From Betaproteobacteria bacterium (GTDB lineage: Bacteria > Pseudomonadota > Gammaproteobacteria > Burkholderiales > SG8-39), in contig VBCM01000106.1 of NCBI GenBank assembly GCA_005883675.1, positions 358 to 52,600 of the forward strand: a stretch of DNA of 52,243 nt, written 5' to 3'. Under the pieces are notes generated by a model that searched no databases, was not told the DNA's origin, and saw nothing but the letters and a program-made list of their open reading frames with translations. This document shows, in pieces, positions 16,707 to 26,430 of the stretch; position 1 is the stretch's first letter, and each line of letters opens with the position of its first letter. The translations under genes were made by a program, and so were the position numbers.

Positions 16707-18704
16707 ATGATGGGTTTCGCGCTGCACCATTCTACCGTGGCGACTACGTTTCCAAATAGTCCTTTCCGGCTTGCGGAGCTCTACAAGACTGCGGGCGACC
16801 AGCCCGAGGCCGTGGCGAAGCTCGTCGAGGGCATCGAGGACGGGCTCGCGTTCCAGACGCTGCTCGGCGTCACCGGCTCGGGCAAGACCTACACCATGGC
16901 GAACGTGATCGCGCGCCTTGGCCGGCCGGCGCTGGTGCTCGCCCCGAACAAGACGCTGGCAGCGCAGCTCTATTCGGAGTTCCGCGAGTTCTTTCCCGAG
17001 AACGCGGTCGAGTACTTCGTCTCCTACTACGACTATTACCAGCCCGAGGCCTATGTCCCGGCGCGCGACCTCTATATCGAGAAGGACTCCTCGATCAACG
17101 AGCACATCGAGCAGATGCGGCTCTCGGCGACGAAGTCGCTGCTCGAGCGGCGCGACGTGGTGATCGTCGGCACGGTTTCGGCGATCTACGGTATCGGCGA
17201 CCCGTCGGAGTACCACGGCATGATCCTGCACCTGCGCCATGGCGAGAAGCTGTCGCAGCGCGATGTGCTGGCTCGCCTAGTCGCCATGCAATACACGAGG
17301 AAGCACGCCGAGCACGCGATCCGCATCTCACTCTTCGACGATGAGGTGGAGAAGCTGGAAGTCTTCGACCCGCTGACCGGGCGGGTCCTCCATCCCATGG
17401 CGCGGTTCACGGTGTACCCGTCGAGCCATTACGTGACGCCGCGCGACACGACGCTGCGCGCCGTCGAAGCGATCAAGGCGGAACTGCGCGAGCGCATCCA
17501 GTTCTTCCAGGACGCCGGGCGCCTGGTGGAGGCGCAGCGCATCGAGCAGCGCACGCGCTTCGACCTGGAGATGCTCGCGGAGCTCGGCTTCTGCAAGGGC
17601 ATCGAAAACTACTCGCGCCATCTTTCCGGCCGGGAGGCCGGCGAGCCGCCGCCGACGCTCATCGATTACCTGCCGCCCGACGCGCTGATGATCATCGACG
17701 AGAGCCACGTCACCATCCCGCAGCTCGGCGGCATGTACCGCGGCGACCGGTCGCGCAAGGAAAATCTGGTGGAGTACGGTTTCCGCCTGCCCTCGGCGCT
17801 CGACAATCGTCCCTTGCGGTTCGATGAGTTCGAGAAGGTGGTGCGCCAGACAACCTTCGTCTCGGCGACGCCGGCCGACTACGAGCGCGAGAAGTCGGGC
17901 GACGCCATCGTCGAGCAGGTGGTGCGCCCCACCGGACTCGTCGATCCGCAGGTGATCGTGCGGCCTGCGTCCACGCAGGTGGATGATCTGCTCTCAGAGA
18001 TCAGCTTGAGGGTGAAGAAGAACGAGCGGGTCCTCGTTACCACGCTCACCAAGCGCATGGCCGAGGAGCTGACCGACTATCTGTCGGAGCACGGCGTGAA
18101 GGTACGCTATCTGCACTCGGAGGTGGAGACGGTGGAGCGGGTGGAGATCATCCGCGACCTGCGCCTCGGCGAATTCGACGTGCTGGTGGGCATCAACCTG
18201 CTGCGCGAGGGTCTCGATCTGCCGGAAGTGTCGCTGGTGGCGATTCTCGACGCGGACAAGGAGGGGTTCCTGCGCTCCGAGCGCTCGCTCATCCAGACGA
18301 TCGGGCGTGCCGCGCGGCACATCAACGGCACCGCGATCCTCTACGCCGACCGGGTCACCGACTCGATCAAGCGCGCGCTGGACGAGACGGAGCGCCGGCG
18401 CAACAAGCAGCTCGACTACAACGAGCACCATGGCATCACACCGAAGGGCGTGATGAAGCGCATCAAGGATCTTATCGACGGCGTGTACGAGGCGGAGGAC
18501 GCGGAGGCGGTGCGCGTCGCGGCGCGGCAGGAGGCGCGCTACGAGGCGATGAGCGAGAAGCAGCTCGCGCGCGAGATCAAGGCGCTCGAGAAGAAGATGG
18601 TGCAGCACGCCAAGAACCTCGAGTTCGAGGAGGCGGCCCGGGCGCGCGATGAGCTCGCCGAGCTGAAAAAACGCGTCTTCGGCGTGGCGCTCGCGTCCGA
18701 ATGA
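16707..18704 (+). CDS. uvrB: excinuclease ABC subunit B, with an apparent 22-aa in-frame gap in domain 2
   Basis: Contains [22 protein letters not shown], helicase motifs and the C-terminal UVR domain. The start choice (16707) is uncertain. Confidence 0.93.
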   Translation: MMGFALHHSTVATTFPNSPFRLAELYKTAGDQPEAVAKLVEGIEDGLAFQTLLGVTGSGKTYTMANVIARLGRPALVLAPNKTLAAQLYSEFREFFPENAVEYFVSYYDYYQPEAYVPARDLYIEKDSSINEHIEQMRLSATKSLLERRDVVIVGTVSAIYGIGDPSEYHGMILHLRHGEKLSQRDVLARLVAMQYTRKHAEHAIRISLFDDEVEKLEVFDPLTGRVLHPMARFTVYPSSHYVTPRDTTLRAVEAIKAELRERIQFFQDAGRLVEAQRIEQRTRFDLEMLAELGFCKGIENYSRHLSGREAGEPPPTLIDYLPPDALMIIDESHVTIPQLGGMYRGDRSRKENLVEYGFRLPSALDNRPLRFDEFEKVVRQTTFVSATPADYEREKSGDAIVEQVVRPTGLVDPQVIVRPASTQVDDLLSEISLRVKKNERVLVTTLTKRMAEELTDYLSEHGVKVRYLHSEVETVERVEIIRDLRLGEFDVLVGINLLREGLDLPEVSLVAILDADKEGFLRSERSLIQTIGRAARHINGTAILYADRVTDSIKRALDETERRRNKQLDYNEHHGITPKGVMKRIKDLIDGVYEAEDAEAVRVAARQEARYEAMSEKQLAREIKALEKKMVQHAKNLEFEEAARARDELAELKKRVFGVALASE

Positions 18705-18711
18705 GGAGCGC

Positions 18712-19701
18712 CTACTGATCGATCCGAATGCCGGCTTCCCGAATGATTTTTCCCCACTTGGCATAGTCGGCACGGATCATCGCGGCAAACACGTCTGGCG
18801 GATCGGCTCGCGGGTCCGCACCGGCAGCGCCGAACCATTCACGGGCTTCGTCGCTGGCCAGAACCTTACTGATCTCGCCGTAGATGCGCTCGATGATGCG
18901 CTTAGGCGTCTTGGCCGGCGCGGCGATGCCGGTCCAGGCCAGATACTCGGCGTTTGGGTAACCCGCTTCGGCCATGGTCGGTACGTCGGGCAGCAGCGCG
19001 AGACGCTTGGGCCCAGTAATGGCCAGGGGCCGGACACGGCCAGCCAGCGCCTGCGGAACCTGCGTAGCGGTGCCTTCGATCGAGAATGTGATCACGCCCG
19101 CGATTAGCGCGGCCATTGCTGGGCCGCCGCCGTTGTACGGCACATGAACGACGTCGATGCCAGCAGCACGCTTGAACAATTCGCTCGCCATATGTGGTGG
19201 GGTGCCGACGCCGGGCGAGCCAAAGTTGAGTTCACCAGGCTTGGCCTTGGCGAGCTTCACCAATTCGGCGACGCTTGTCGCCGGCACGGTTGGCGCGACG
19301 GCGAGCAACAGCGGATTGACGCCCAAGTCGGTAATCGGGGCGAAGTCCGTCAGCGGGTCGAAAGCGAGTTTGCTGTACAGGTGCGGATTGAAAGCCATCG
19401 TGCCTTGATGCACGATCGTCAGAGTGTAGCCGTCAGGCGCACTGTGGACGCCAAGCGTCGTGCCAATGTTGCCCCCCGCGCCGGGATGGTTGTCGACGAT
19501 GACAGCTTGGCCGAGTAGCGGCATCAGTCGAGCGGACAGCCAGCGGGCCTGAGCGTCGCTTACGCTGCCTGGTCCACTGGGTACGACGATGCGTACGGGC
19601 TTTGTCGGCCACGCTGGGTCCTGAGCAAGGGCGACCCCAGTAAGCGTGGCCACCGCGGACAAGACCAGCGCAGTCATGAGTGATGAGATCGTTCGGCTCA
19701 T
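18712..19701 (-). CDS. Bug family (TctC-like) substrate-binding protein
   Basis: Signal peptide MSRTISSLMTALVLSAVATLTGVALA followed by KPVRIVVPSGPGSVSD. Confidence 0.85.
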   Translation of the reverse strand: MSRTISSLMTALVLSAVATLTGVALAQDPAWPTKPVRIVVPSGPGSVSDAQARWLSARLMPLLGQAVIVDNHPGAGGNIGTTLGVHSAPDGYTLTIVHQGTMAFNPHLYSKLAFDPLTDFAPITDLGVNPLLLAVAPTVPATSVAELVKLAKAKPGELNFGSPGVGTPPHMASELFKRAAGIDVVHVPYNGGGPAMAALIAGVITFSIEGTATQVPQALAGRVRPLAITGPKRLALLPDVPTMAEAGYPNAEYLAWTGIAAPAKTPKRIIERIYGEISKVLASDEAREWFGAAGADPRADPPDVFAAMIRADYAKWGKIIREAGIRIDQ

Positions 19702-19782
19702 GGGTTTCTCCTGATCAGTGCCCGCAAAATCGACTCTAGCGTCCGCCTGCCGACGATGGAATACTCCTAGGCACGCGAACGG

Positions 19783-19801
19783 CTTGAACCATTGGTTTAA
19801 G
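19783..19801. promoter_or_regulatory. near-palindromic LysR-type box CTTGAACCATTGGTTTAAG
   Basis: AACCA-T-TGGTT dyad 25 bp upstream of the LysR start, in the divergent spacer with the Bug gene. Confidence 0.4.
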
Positions 19802-19825
19802 CACGAGCCGCTAAAGGAGAGCCCG

Positions 19826-20833
19826 ATGGACAAGCTTCGCGCCTTGCATTACCTAGGATTGGCGGCAGCCGAAAGGAGTTTCTCGGGTGCGGCCCGTGTC
19901 CTCGGCGTCAGCGTGCCTGCGGTGGCCAAGATGGTCACTGCGCTCGAGAAGGATCTGGGGATAAAAATATTCCACCGCACCACTCACGGACTTGCGCTGA
20001 CAGCTGCTGGTGCAAACTATCTTGAAGCCTGTGGTCCGGCGCTAGCGCGGCTGGACGATGCCGACGAGCAGGCTCGATCAGTCTCGGTGCGCCTGAAGGG
20101 AACCCTCGTCGTCGGCGTGCAGCATGTCATCGCACGAGGCTGCCTGACTGCAGCATTGCCACGGTTTCATGCTCGCTATCCGGAGGTCGACCTCGACATT
20201 CGCAGCGTCGAGCACGAAGCCAGAGGCGCCGTCGATGGCGTCGACGTGACGCTCGTGCTCGGATGGCCAAAGGCCGAAGACCTTGTATGCCGTCGTTTGG
20301 GTGCCGGGCGCTACATGGTCGTCGCGTCACCTGCTTACTGGGCCGCGCACGGCGTTCCCGGGCGCCCAAAGTACTTGGAGCAGCACGTGTGCCTGCCGAT
20401 CCGCGGCATTGACGGCGCTGTGATGGACGTGTGGACCTTTTCGCGGGGTGAAGAACGCGAGTCGGCCATTGTGCGTGGCTGGCTTACCACTAGCCACGCA
20501 CACCGCGACCTGTTCATCGAGCTGGCGCTCGCGGGCCACGGTGTTTTGCGCGTGCTTGATTGGTTCAACCGACCGGAGGTCATGTCCGGCTGTCTGGTCC
20601 AGGTCCTAACGGATTGGGAATCGACCGAGGCGGTGCCGGTGAACGTGCTCTATGCCCCGGGTGTGCGCCGCGTCCCACGCGCCAGAGCCTTCATTGACTT
20701 TGTGGGCGAAGTATTCGCCGATCTCGAGCGCGATCGCGGGCGTCCAGTCATCGGCACCGAGCGGCCGGCATGGATGCGACGGCCACATGGCCGTGCTTCC
20801 GACTTCGAATCGCGCGCGCCGCACTCCAACTAG
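19826..20833 (+). CDS. LysR-family transcriptional regulator
   Basis: AAGGAGA ribosome-binding site and the HTH segment FSGAARVLGVSVPAVAKMVTALEKDLG. Confidence 0.9.
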   Translation: MDKLRALHYLGLAAAERSFSGAARVLGVSVPAVAKMVTALEKDLGIKIFHRTTHGLALTAAGANYLEACGPALARLDDADEQARSVSVRLKGTLVVGVQHVIARGCLTAALPRFHARYPEVDLDIRSVEHEARGAVDGVDVTLVLGWPKAEDLVCRRLGAGRYMVVASPAYWAAHGVPGRPKYLEQHVCLPIRGIDGAVMDVWTFSRGEERESAIVRGWLTTSHAHRDLFIELALAGHGVLRVLDWFNRPEVMSGCLVQVLTDWESTEAVPVNVLYAPGVRRVPRARAFIDFVGEVFADLERDRGRPVIGTERPAWMRRPHGRASDFESRAPHSN

Positions 20834-20846
20834 CAGAAGGCGCGTC

Positions 20847-21833
20847 ATGCTTACCGTATTCTGGCGATCAGGCTACGCCCTCCAGCTGGCAATGTTGCTG
20901 GCAAGCACGTTCGCTTGGGCCGCGCCCGATCAGCCCGACGCGGTTGTGATCAGAGCGCTCCGCCACCCCGTCGACAAGTCCTATCGCAAGATGGTGCAGG
21001 GCATGGATCTCTTCACCGCGATGCATGCGCTCGCGCCCAAGGCGGAGCTACGCTATCGGGTCCTGCCGCGCGAGCGCGACGCGGATCTGCAGGGTGTGGC
21101 GCTGGCCGTGCTGGGCGATACGGTGAAGCAGCCGGTTGCGCTCGCGGCCGACGGCACGTTCACGCTGGCGCGGGATGCAAAGGCGCTCGCGGAGGACGCG
21201 GTGGTGAGCGCGAACCGGCCCGCGCAGACCATGACCTGGCGCGCCGACATCCGCACGCCGGGCCTGCCGCCCAACGTTCGGCGGCTCGGTGACCTGCGCC
21301 TGGAGTGCCAGGTCGGCATGCGCGCCGGGCTGGTGTCTCAATATCCGAGCGTGCTCGATCTTTTCTTCGGCGCGGTGCAAAGCCCGGCGGGCTATTGCAA
21401 CGAGCGCGAGGTCCGCTATCTCTTCTTCGCCGAGCAGCCGATTTTCGGCGTCGCGCTGCACTACGGTAAGCGCCGGCAGGAGATGACGGCGGCGCGGCTC
21501 TACGCGGGCGTGCTGCGCGGTCAAACGCCGCAGTCGGAGCGGCGCTATTGCGATTGCCAGGCGCTGCTCGATCGCGCGTACACGCTCCCGCTCGGCGATG
21601 CGAGCTGGCCTGATGACACGCTCATCGAGCTCGAGCCGATGGCACCGAGCGCGAACGACGATGATCCGCTGCGCGGCTATACCAAGGCCGAGGCGCGCGG
21701 CGCGCTCGGCGAGGCGAAAGTCCTGCGCTTCGACAGCGGCTACGAAGTCTGGGCCTATGAATGGTCGGCTAGCGACTTCATCGTGCTTTTCGCGCCCGAC
21801 GGCCGCGCGGCGAAGAGCCGGCTGCGTCTTTAG
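20847..21833 (+). CDS. secreted hypothetical protein
   Basis: 328 aa with the signal peptide MLTVFWRSGYALQLAMLLASTFAWA. No family recognised. Confidence 0.55.
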   Translation: MLTVFWRSGYALQLAMLLASTFAWAAPDQPDAVVIRALRHPVDKSYRKMVQGMDLFTAMHALAPKAELRYRVLPRERDADLQGVALAVLGDTVKQPVALAADGTFTLARDAKALAEDAVVSANRPAQTMTWRADIRTPGLPPNVRRLGDLRLECQVGMRAGLVSQYPSVLDLFFGAVQSPAGYCNEREVRYLFFAEQPIFGVALHYGKRRQEMTAARLYAGVLRGQTPQSERRYCDCQALLDRAYTLPLGDASWPDDTLIELEPMAPSANDDDPLRGYTKAEARGALGEAKVLRFDSGYEVWAYEWSASDFIVLFAPDGRAAKSRLRL

Positions 21834-22299
21834 GCTGGTAGAAGCGCACGCCGGGCTTGAGCTGCTCAAAAACGGCGTAGCGCGTCTCCTTCATGCCGAG
21901 CGAGCGGTAGACGCGGCGGGCACGCGCGTTGTCATGATCGACGTAGAGGCGAAAGCCCACCACCGAGCGCCGGCGCGCGGCAAGGCGCTGGATATGGCGG
22001 TAGAGGCGGCGATAGACGCCGCGCCCGCGGTGCGCGGGCAGGACGTACACGCTCTGCACCCACCAGAAGTCGCCGTTTCGCCAGTCGCTCCATTCCTTCG
22101 TGATGAGCAGAGCGCCGATGACTTCACCGTTTCGCTCGGCGAGCACATAAAAGCCGGACGCCGGCCGCGCGAGCAAGCCGCGTACGCCAGCGCTTATGAC
22201 CTCAGGTAAAAGCGCCTTCGCCTCGGTCTCGAGCGCCATCGCGCGGTTGAAGGCGGTGAGGGCCGGCGCGTCGCGCCGCCGCGCTAGCCGGATGCGCAT
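21778..22299 (-). CDS. GNAT family N-acetyltransferase
   Basis: Acetyl-CoA-binding motif VLPAHRGRGVYRRLY. The 3' end overlaps the convergent gene by 56 nt. Confidence 0.8.
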   Translation of the reverse strand: MRIRLARRRDAPALTAFNRAMALETEAKALLPEVISAGVRGLLARPASGFYVLAERNGEVIGALLITKEWSDWRNGDFWWVQSVYVLPAHRGRGVYRRLYRHIQRLAARRRSVVGFRLYVDHDNARARRVYRSLGMKETRYAVFEQLKPGVRFYQPKDAAGSSPRGRRARKAR

Positions 22300-22311
22300 A
22301 ATGGACAGGGC

Positions 22312-22682
22312 ATGAAGGAAAGGCGCGCGATTCTATTCGTTTGCACGGGGAACATCTGCCGCTCGCCGACGGCGGAAGCGGTGCTGCGGCACCTGGCGGC
22401 GGAGGAGGGTTTGGAGCTTCGCATCGCCTCCGCCGGCATCGGTGACTGGCATGTGGGCTCGGCGCCCGATGAGCGCGCGCAACATCATGCGAAGAGCCGG
22501 GGCTACGATCTCAGCACGCTGCGCGCACGCCAGGTGACGAAGCGCGACTTTGCCGAGTTCGATCTGATTGCGACGTGCCCGATCCGTACTACGGCGGGCC
22601 GGAAGGCTTCGAGCGCGTGCTCGACCTCGTCGAGGCCGCCTGCCGCCAGCTGCTCGCGGAGCTGAAGAAGCCTACTTCCTAG
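22312..22682 (+). pseudogene. low-molecular-weight protein-tyrosine phosphatase, internal deletion plus frameshift
   Basis: The P-loop CTGNICRS and the N-terminal half run to ...FDLIA. The C-terminal [33 protein letters not shown] is present only in the +2 frame from 22572. Confidence 0.8.
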
Positions 22683-25254
22683 TCGTTTCCACCTGGACGA
22701 GCTCCTCGTCCTCTGGCAGCCCCTTGGACCGCTCGCGTCGCGGCCGGCCGAGCGGCTGCTGCGGCTCATCGACCACGGGCGGCTGCACCTGGGCCTTGCT
22801 GCGATCGGTCTCGATCATGACCAGGCCAGAGTCGCTCAGCAGCTGCTGTGCGTCGATGCGCGGCTCTTGCACACGCGGTTCTTCCACCCGCGGCTCTTCG
22901 GCGCGCGGCGCGGCCGGTGCTGCAGGGGGCGGCTCAACCGCGCGCGGTTCCTGTACCGGTTCGGGCGCTGCCGGGCGCGGCTCGGTGGCGTGCGCGGACT
23001 CCAGCTCGTGGATGCGCCGCTGCTGCTCGGCGATCGATTGCGTTTGCGCGTCCACCTCGCGACGCTCGCCGCGGCTTCGATCGCGATCGCGCCGGTGACG
23101 GCGGCCGCCGCGGCCGCGCTCGGCGTCGCCTTCGCGCTCGGGCCGCGGCGCTTGCGGTTCCGGATGCTGCTGCTGTTGCGCCTGCTGCGGTTGCGCGTGC
23201 TGCTGCTGCGGCCGTGGCTGTTGCGGCGGGCGCTGCTGCTGTTGTTGCTGCTGCTGCGGGCGCTGTTCCTGCCGCCCACCCGCGCGATCCCCGCCGCGCT
23301 GCTCACCGCGCTGTTGCCCGTTGCGGCGCTGCTCGAGGCGACCCTGCTGCTGCCGGTCGCCGCCGCCGCGGCCTTCCCGGCGCTCATCGCGCCGCCCGTC
23401 GCGCCGCTGCTGATCGCGGCGATGGGACTCGCGGCGCGGCTCGCGGTGCGGCTGCGCCGCCTGGATCGCGGACGCAGGCGCCTGCGGTGCCGTTTGCATG
23501 GGCGCCGTTGTTGCCGGCGGCTTGAAGAGCGAGAGGAAGCGCGAGACGAGGCCGACGCCGGCGCTCGCGGCTGCCGCTACCGGCTGCACCAGCGGCACAG
23601 GCTCGGGTGCTTTTTCACGCCGCGGCTCGCTCGGTAATGGCGCCGGCTGTGCCGGAGTGATGGTCTTCACCACCGGCTGCTGACGCTCTATCTTCGCCTC
23701 CGGCTCGGCACCCGGCGCCTTCGGCTCCTCGGGCTGCTCGACCATCTCGTAGCTCGAAGGGACGTGCTCCATCTCGTTCAGCTCGTCGTGGCGCAGGCGC
23801 TGCACTTTGTAGTGCGGCGTCTCGAGGTGCGGATTGGGCACCATCACGATGTTCACTTTGAGGCGGCCTTCGAGCTTCTGGATCTCGGCGCGCTTCTCGT
23901 TCAGCAGGAACGACGCGACATCGACCGGCACCTGGGCGTGCACCGCGCCGGTGTTTTCCTTCATCGCCTCCTCCTGCATGATGCGCAGGACGTGCAGCGC
24001 GGTGGATTCGGTGCCACGGATAAAGCCGGTGCCCGAGCAACGCGGGCAGTTGATGTGCGCAGTTTCCTCGAGGGAGGGCTGCAGCCGCTGGCGCGAGAGC
24101 TCCATCAGGCCGAAGCGCGAGATCTTGCCGATCTGCACGCGCGCCCGGTCGAACTTCAGCGCCTCGCGCAGCCGGTTCTCGACTTCGCGCTGGTTTTTCT
24201 GCGACTCCATGTCGATGAAGTCGATGACGATCAGACCGCCCAGGTCACGCAGCCTGAGCTGCCGCGCCACTTCGTCGGCCGCTTCCAGGTTGGTGCGCAG
24301 CGCCGTCTCCTCGATATCTCCGCCCTTGGTGGCGCGCGCCGAGTTGACATCGATGGCGACCAGCGCCTCGGTATGGTCGATGACGATCGCGCCGCCGGAG
24401 GGTAGGGCGACCTGGCGCGAATAGGCGCTTTCGATCTGGTGCTCGATCTGGAAGCGCGAAAAGAGCGGGACGTCGTCCCGGTAGAGCTTCACCTTGTTCA
24501 CGTTCCCCGGCATCACGGTCTGCATGAATGCCCTGGCCTGCTCGTAGATCTCCTCGGTATCGATCAGGATTTCCCCGATGTCGGGCTGGAAGTAATCCCG
24601 GATCGCCCGAATGACCAGGCTCGATTCGAGGTAGATGAGGAACGGTTTCTTGGACTGGTCCTGAGCGGCGCCCTCGACCGCGCGCCAGAGCTGCAGCAGG
24701 TAGTTCAGGTCCCAGTTCAGCTCCTCGGGGGTTCGCCCGATAGCCGCCGTCCGGGCAATTACGCTCATGCCCTCGGGGAGTTGGAGCTGATCCAGGGTGT
24801 CGCGTAGTTCATTCCTGTCTTCACCCTCGACCCGGCGCGACACGCCGCCGCCGCGCGGGTTGTTCGGCATCAGCACCAGGTAGCGTCCCGCCAGGCTGAT
24901 GAAGGTGGTGAGCGCCGCGCCCTTGGTGCCGCGCTCGTCCTTCTCGATCTGGACGATGACCTCCTGGCCTTCGCGCAGCGCGTCCTGGATGCGCGCGCGC
25001 CCGACATCGATGTCCGGCTTGAAGTAGCTGCGGGAAACTTCCTTGAACGGCAGGAACCCGTGCCGCTCCTCGCCGTAGTCGACGAATGCGGCCTCGAGAC
25101 TGGGCTCGATGCGGGTGATGAGGCCTTTATAAATGTTGCTTTTGCGCTGCTCCCTTGATGCTGACTCGATGTCGAGGTCGACGAGCTTCTGTCCGTCTAC
25201 GATCGCGACGCGCAGCTCTTCCTGCTGCGTGGCGTTGAATAACATCCTCTTCAC
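22672..25254 (-). CDS. rne: ribonuclease E
   Basis: N-terminus (M)[31 protein letters not shown]1 and catalytic domains, Zn-link CPRCSGTG, and an Arg/Gln/Pro-rich C-terminal scaffold. GTG start. Confidence 0.95.
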   Translation of the reverse strand: MKRMLFNATQQEELRVAIVDGQKLVDLDIESASREQRKSNIYKGLITRIEPSLEAAFVDYGEERHGFLPFKEVSRSYFKPDIDVGRARIQDALREGQEVIVQIEKDERGTKGAALTTFISLAGRYLVLMPNNPRGGGVSRRVEGEDRNELRDTLDQLQLPEGMSVIARTAAIGRTPEELNWDLNYLLQLWRAVEGAAQDQSKKPFLIYLESSLVIRAIRDYFQPDIGEILIDTEEIYEQARAFMQTVMPGNVNKVKLYRDDVPLFSRFQIEHQIESAYSRQVALPSGGAIVIDHTEALVAIDVNSARATKGGDIEETALRTNLEAADEVARQLRLRDLGGLIVIDFIDMESQKNQREVENRLREALKFDRARVQIGKISRFGLMELSRQRLQPSLEETAHINCPRCSGTGFIRGTESTALHVLRIMQEEAMKENTGAVHAQVPVDVASFLLNEKRAEIQKLEGRLKVNIVMVPNPHLETPHYKVQRLRHDELNEMEHVPSSYEMVEQPEEPKAPGAEPEAKIERQQPVVKTITPAQPAPLPSEPRREKAPEPVPLVQPVAAAASAGVGLVSRFLSLFKPPATTAPMQTAPQAPASAIQAAQPHREPRRESHRRDQQRRDGRRDERREGRGGGDRQQQGRLEQRRNGQQRGEQRGGDRAGGRQEQRPQQQQQQQQRPPQQPRPQQQHAQPQQAQQQQHPEPQAPRPEREGDAERGRGGRRHRRDRDRSRGERREVDAQTQSIAEQQRRIHELESAHATEPRPAAPEPVQEPRAVEPPPAAPAAPRAEEPRVEEPRVQEPRIDAQQLLSDSGLVMIETDRSKAQVQPPVVDEPQQPLGRPRRERSKGLPEDEELVQVETTRK
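23160..23262 (-). repeat. imperfect CAG/CAA (Gln) trinucleotide tract inside the rne scaffold region
   Basis: The plus strand reads ...ctgctgctgttgttgctgctgctg..., encoding Q8 and further QQ/PQQ runs. Confidence 0.7.
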
Positions 25255-25509
25255 TTGTTGTTCTCCTGCGCGCGCAGGAGACCGCTCGGCTTTGCTCTCC
25301 TAGATTCAAGGACGCCCGGATTTGGACGCTGAGCTCCGTTGGAAACTGACCCTACGCGCGCTACTAGTAGTATCGCTACTTCCGGTGAGCGAAATTAACC
25401 AGCGCTTCAGGCCCGGCTGCGGCCGGACAGGAGGCGGGTTGCAGGTGCCGGCACCGCCGGCGGGTCCTGTGCCTCGCAACTCAAAGCGACTCGCAGATCA
25501 TACTGGAAA
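25255..25509 (-). promoter_or_regulatory. long rne 5' leader / divergent rne-rluC control region
   Basis: 255-bp non-coding spacer of lower GC with several hairpins, including one that covers the rne Shine-Dalgarno sequence. Confidence 0.55.
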
Positions 25510-26430
25510 ATGAACGACTTAAACAAGCTGCGGGCGACGACGCTCGAAGTGGGCGAAGAAAGCGCCGCACAGCGGATCGATAACTTCCTGCTCAAGCGCC
25601 TGCGCGGCGTGCCGAAAAGCCACGTCTATCGCGTGCTCCGCAGCGGCGAGGTGCGGGTGAATAGCGGCCGTGTCGGGCCGGCTTACCGGCTGCAAATCGG
25701 CGACCGCGTGCGCGTGCCGCCGGTGCGCGTCTCGGCGGCTGTAAAAACGGCCAGGCCGGCCGAGTTTCCGGTCGTGTACGAGGACGCGGCGCTGCTCGTC
25801 ATCGACAAGCCGGCCGGCGTCGCGGTCCACGGGGGGAGCGGCGTCAGCTACGGCGTCATCGAATCGCTGCGCGCCGCGCGCCCGCAGGCGAAGCTGCTCG
25901 AGCTGGCTCACCGGCTCGACCGGGATACGTCGGGCCTGCTTATCGTGTGCAAGAAGCGCAGCGCCCTGACCGAGATGCACCGCCAGCTCCGCGAAGGCCA
26001 GGTGGAAAAGGTCTATACGACAATTGTCAAAGGCACGCCGGCCGCGGGGTTGTTCGAGCTTTCCGAGCCGCTGCACAAATATGTAACCGCCAGCGGCGAA
26101 CGGCGCGTGAGCGTGCAGGAAGGGGGCATGACGGCGCGCACGGGGGTCCGGGTGCGCAAGCGGGGCGCCGAGCTCAGCCTGTTGGAAGTACGGCTGCTGA
26201 CCGGGCGCACGCACCAGATTCGGGTCCACCTGGCGCATGCCGGGCATCCCGTGCTCGGCGATGACAAGTACGGCGACTTCGCGCTCAACCGGGAGCTCGC
26301 CAAGCAGGGCGCGAAGCGCCTGTTCCTGCATGCGGGGCGCCTCGCCTTCGCGCATCCGTTGACCGGCGAGCGGCTGCGGCTCGATTCGCCGCTGCCCGCC
26401 GACATGGCGGCGTTCGCCGCGCGACTGTGA
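25510..26430 (+). CDS. rluC: 23S rRNA pseudouridine synthase RluC (RluA family)
   Basis: S4 domain and the catalytic motif HRLDRDTSGLL. Divergent from rne, as in E. coli. Confidence 0.85.
   Translation: MNDLNKLRATTLEVGEESAAQRIDNFLLKRLRGVPKSHVYRVLRSGEVRVNSGRVGPAYRLQIGDRVRVPPVRVSAAVKTARPAEFPVVYEDAALLVIDKPAGVAVHGGSGVSYGVIESLRAARPQAKLLELAHRLDRDTSGLLIVCKKRSALTEMHRQLREGQVEKVYTTIVKGTPAAGLFELSEPLHKYVTASGERRVSVQEGGMTARTGVRVRKRGAELSLLEVRLLTGRTHQIRVHLAHAGHPVLGDDKYGDFALNRELAKQGAKRLFLHAGRLAFAHPLTGERLRLDSPLPADMAAFAARL

Noticed and set aside
23160-23262. Repetitive CTG/TTG tract, and the direct repeats near 22860-22915, as a possible CRISPR array or other tandem-repeat locus.
   Set aside because: The periodicity is 3 nt and there is no repeat-spacer structure. 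The tract lies inside the rne C-terminal scaffold and encodes poly-Gln and EEPRV repeats.
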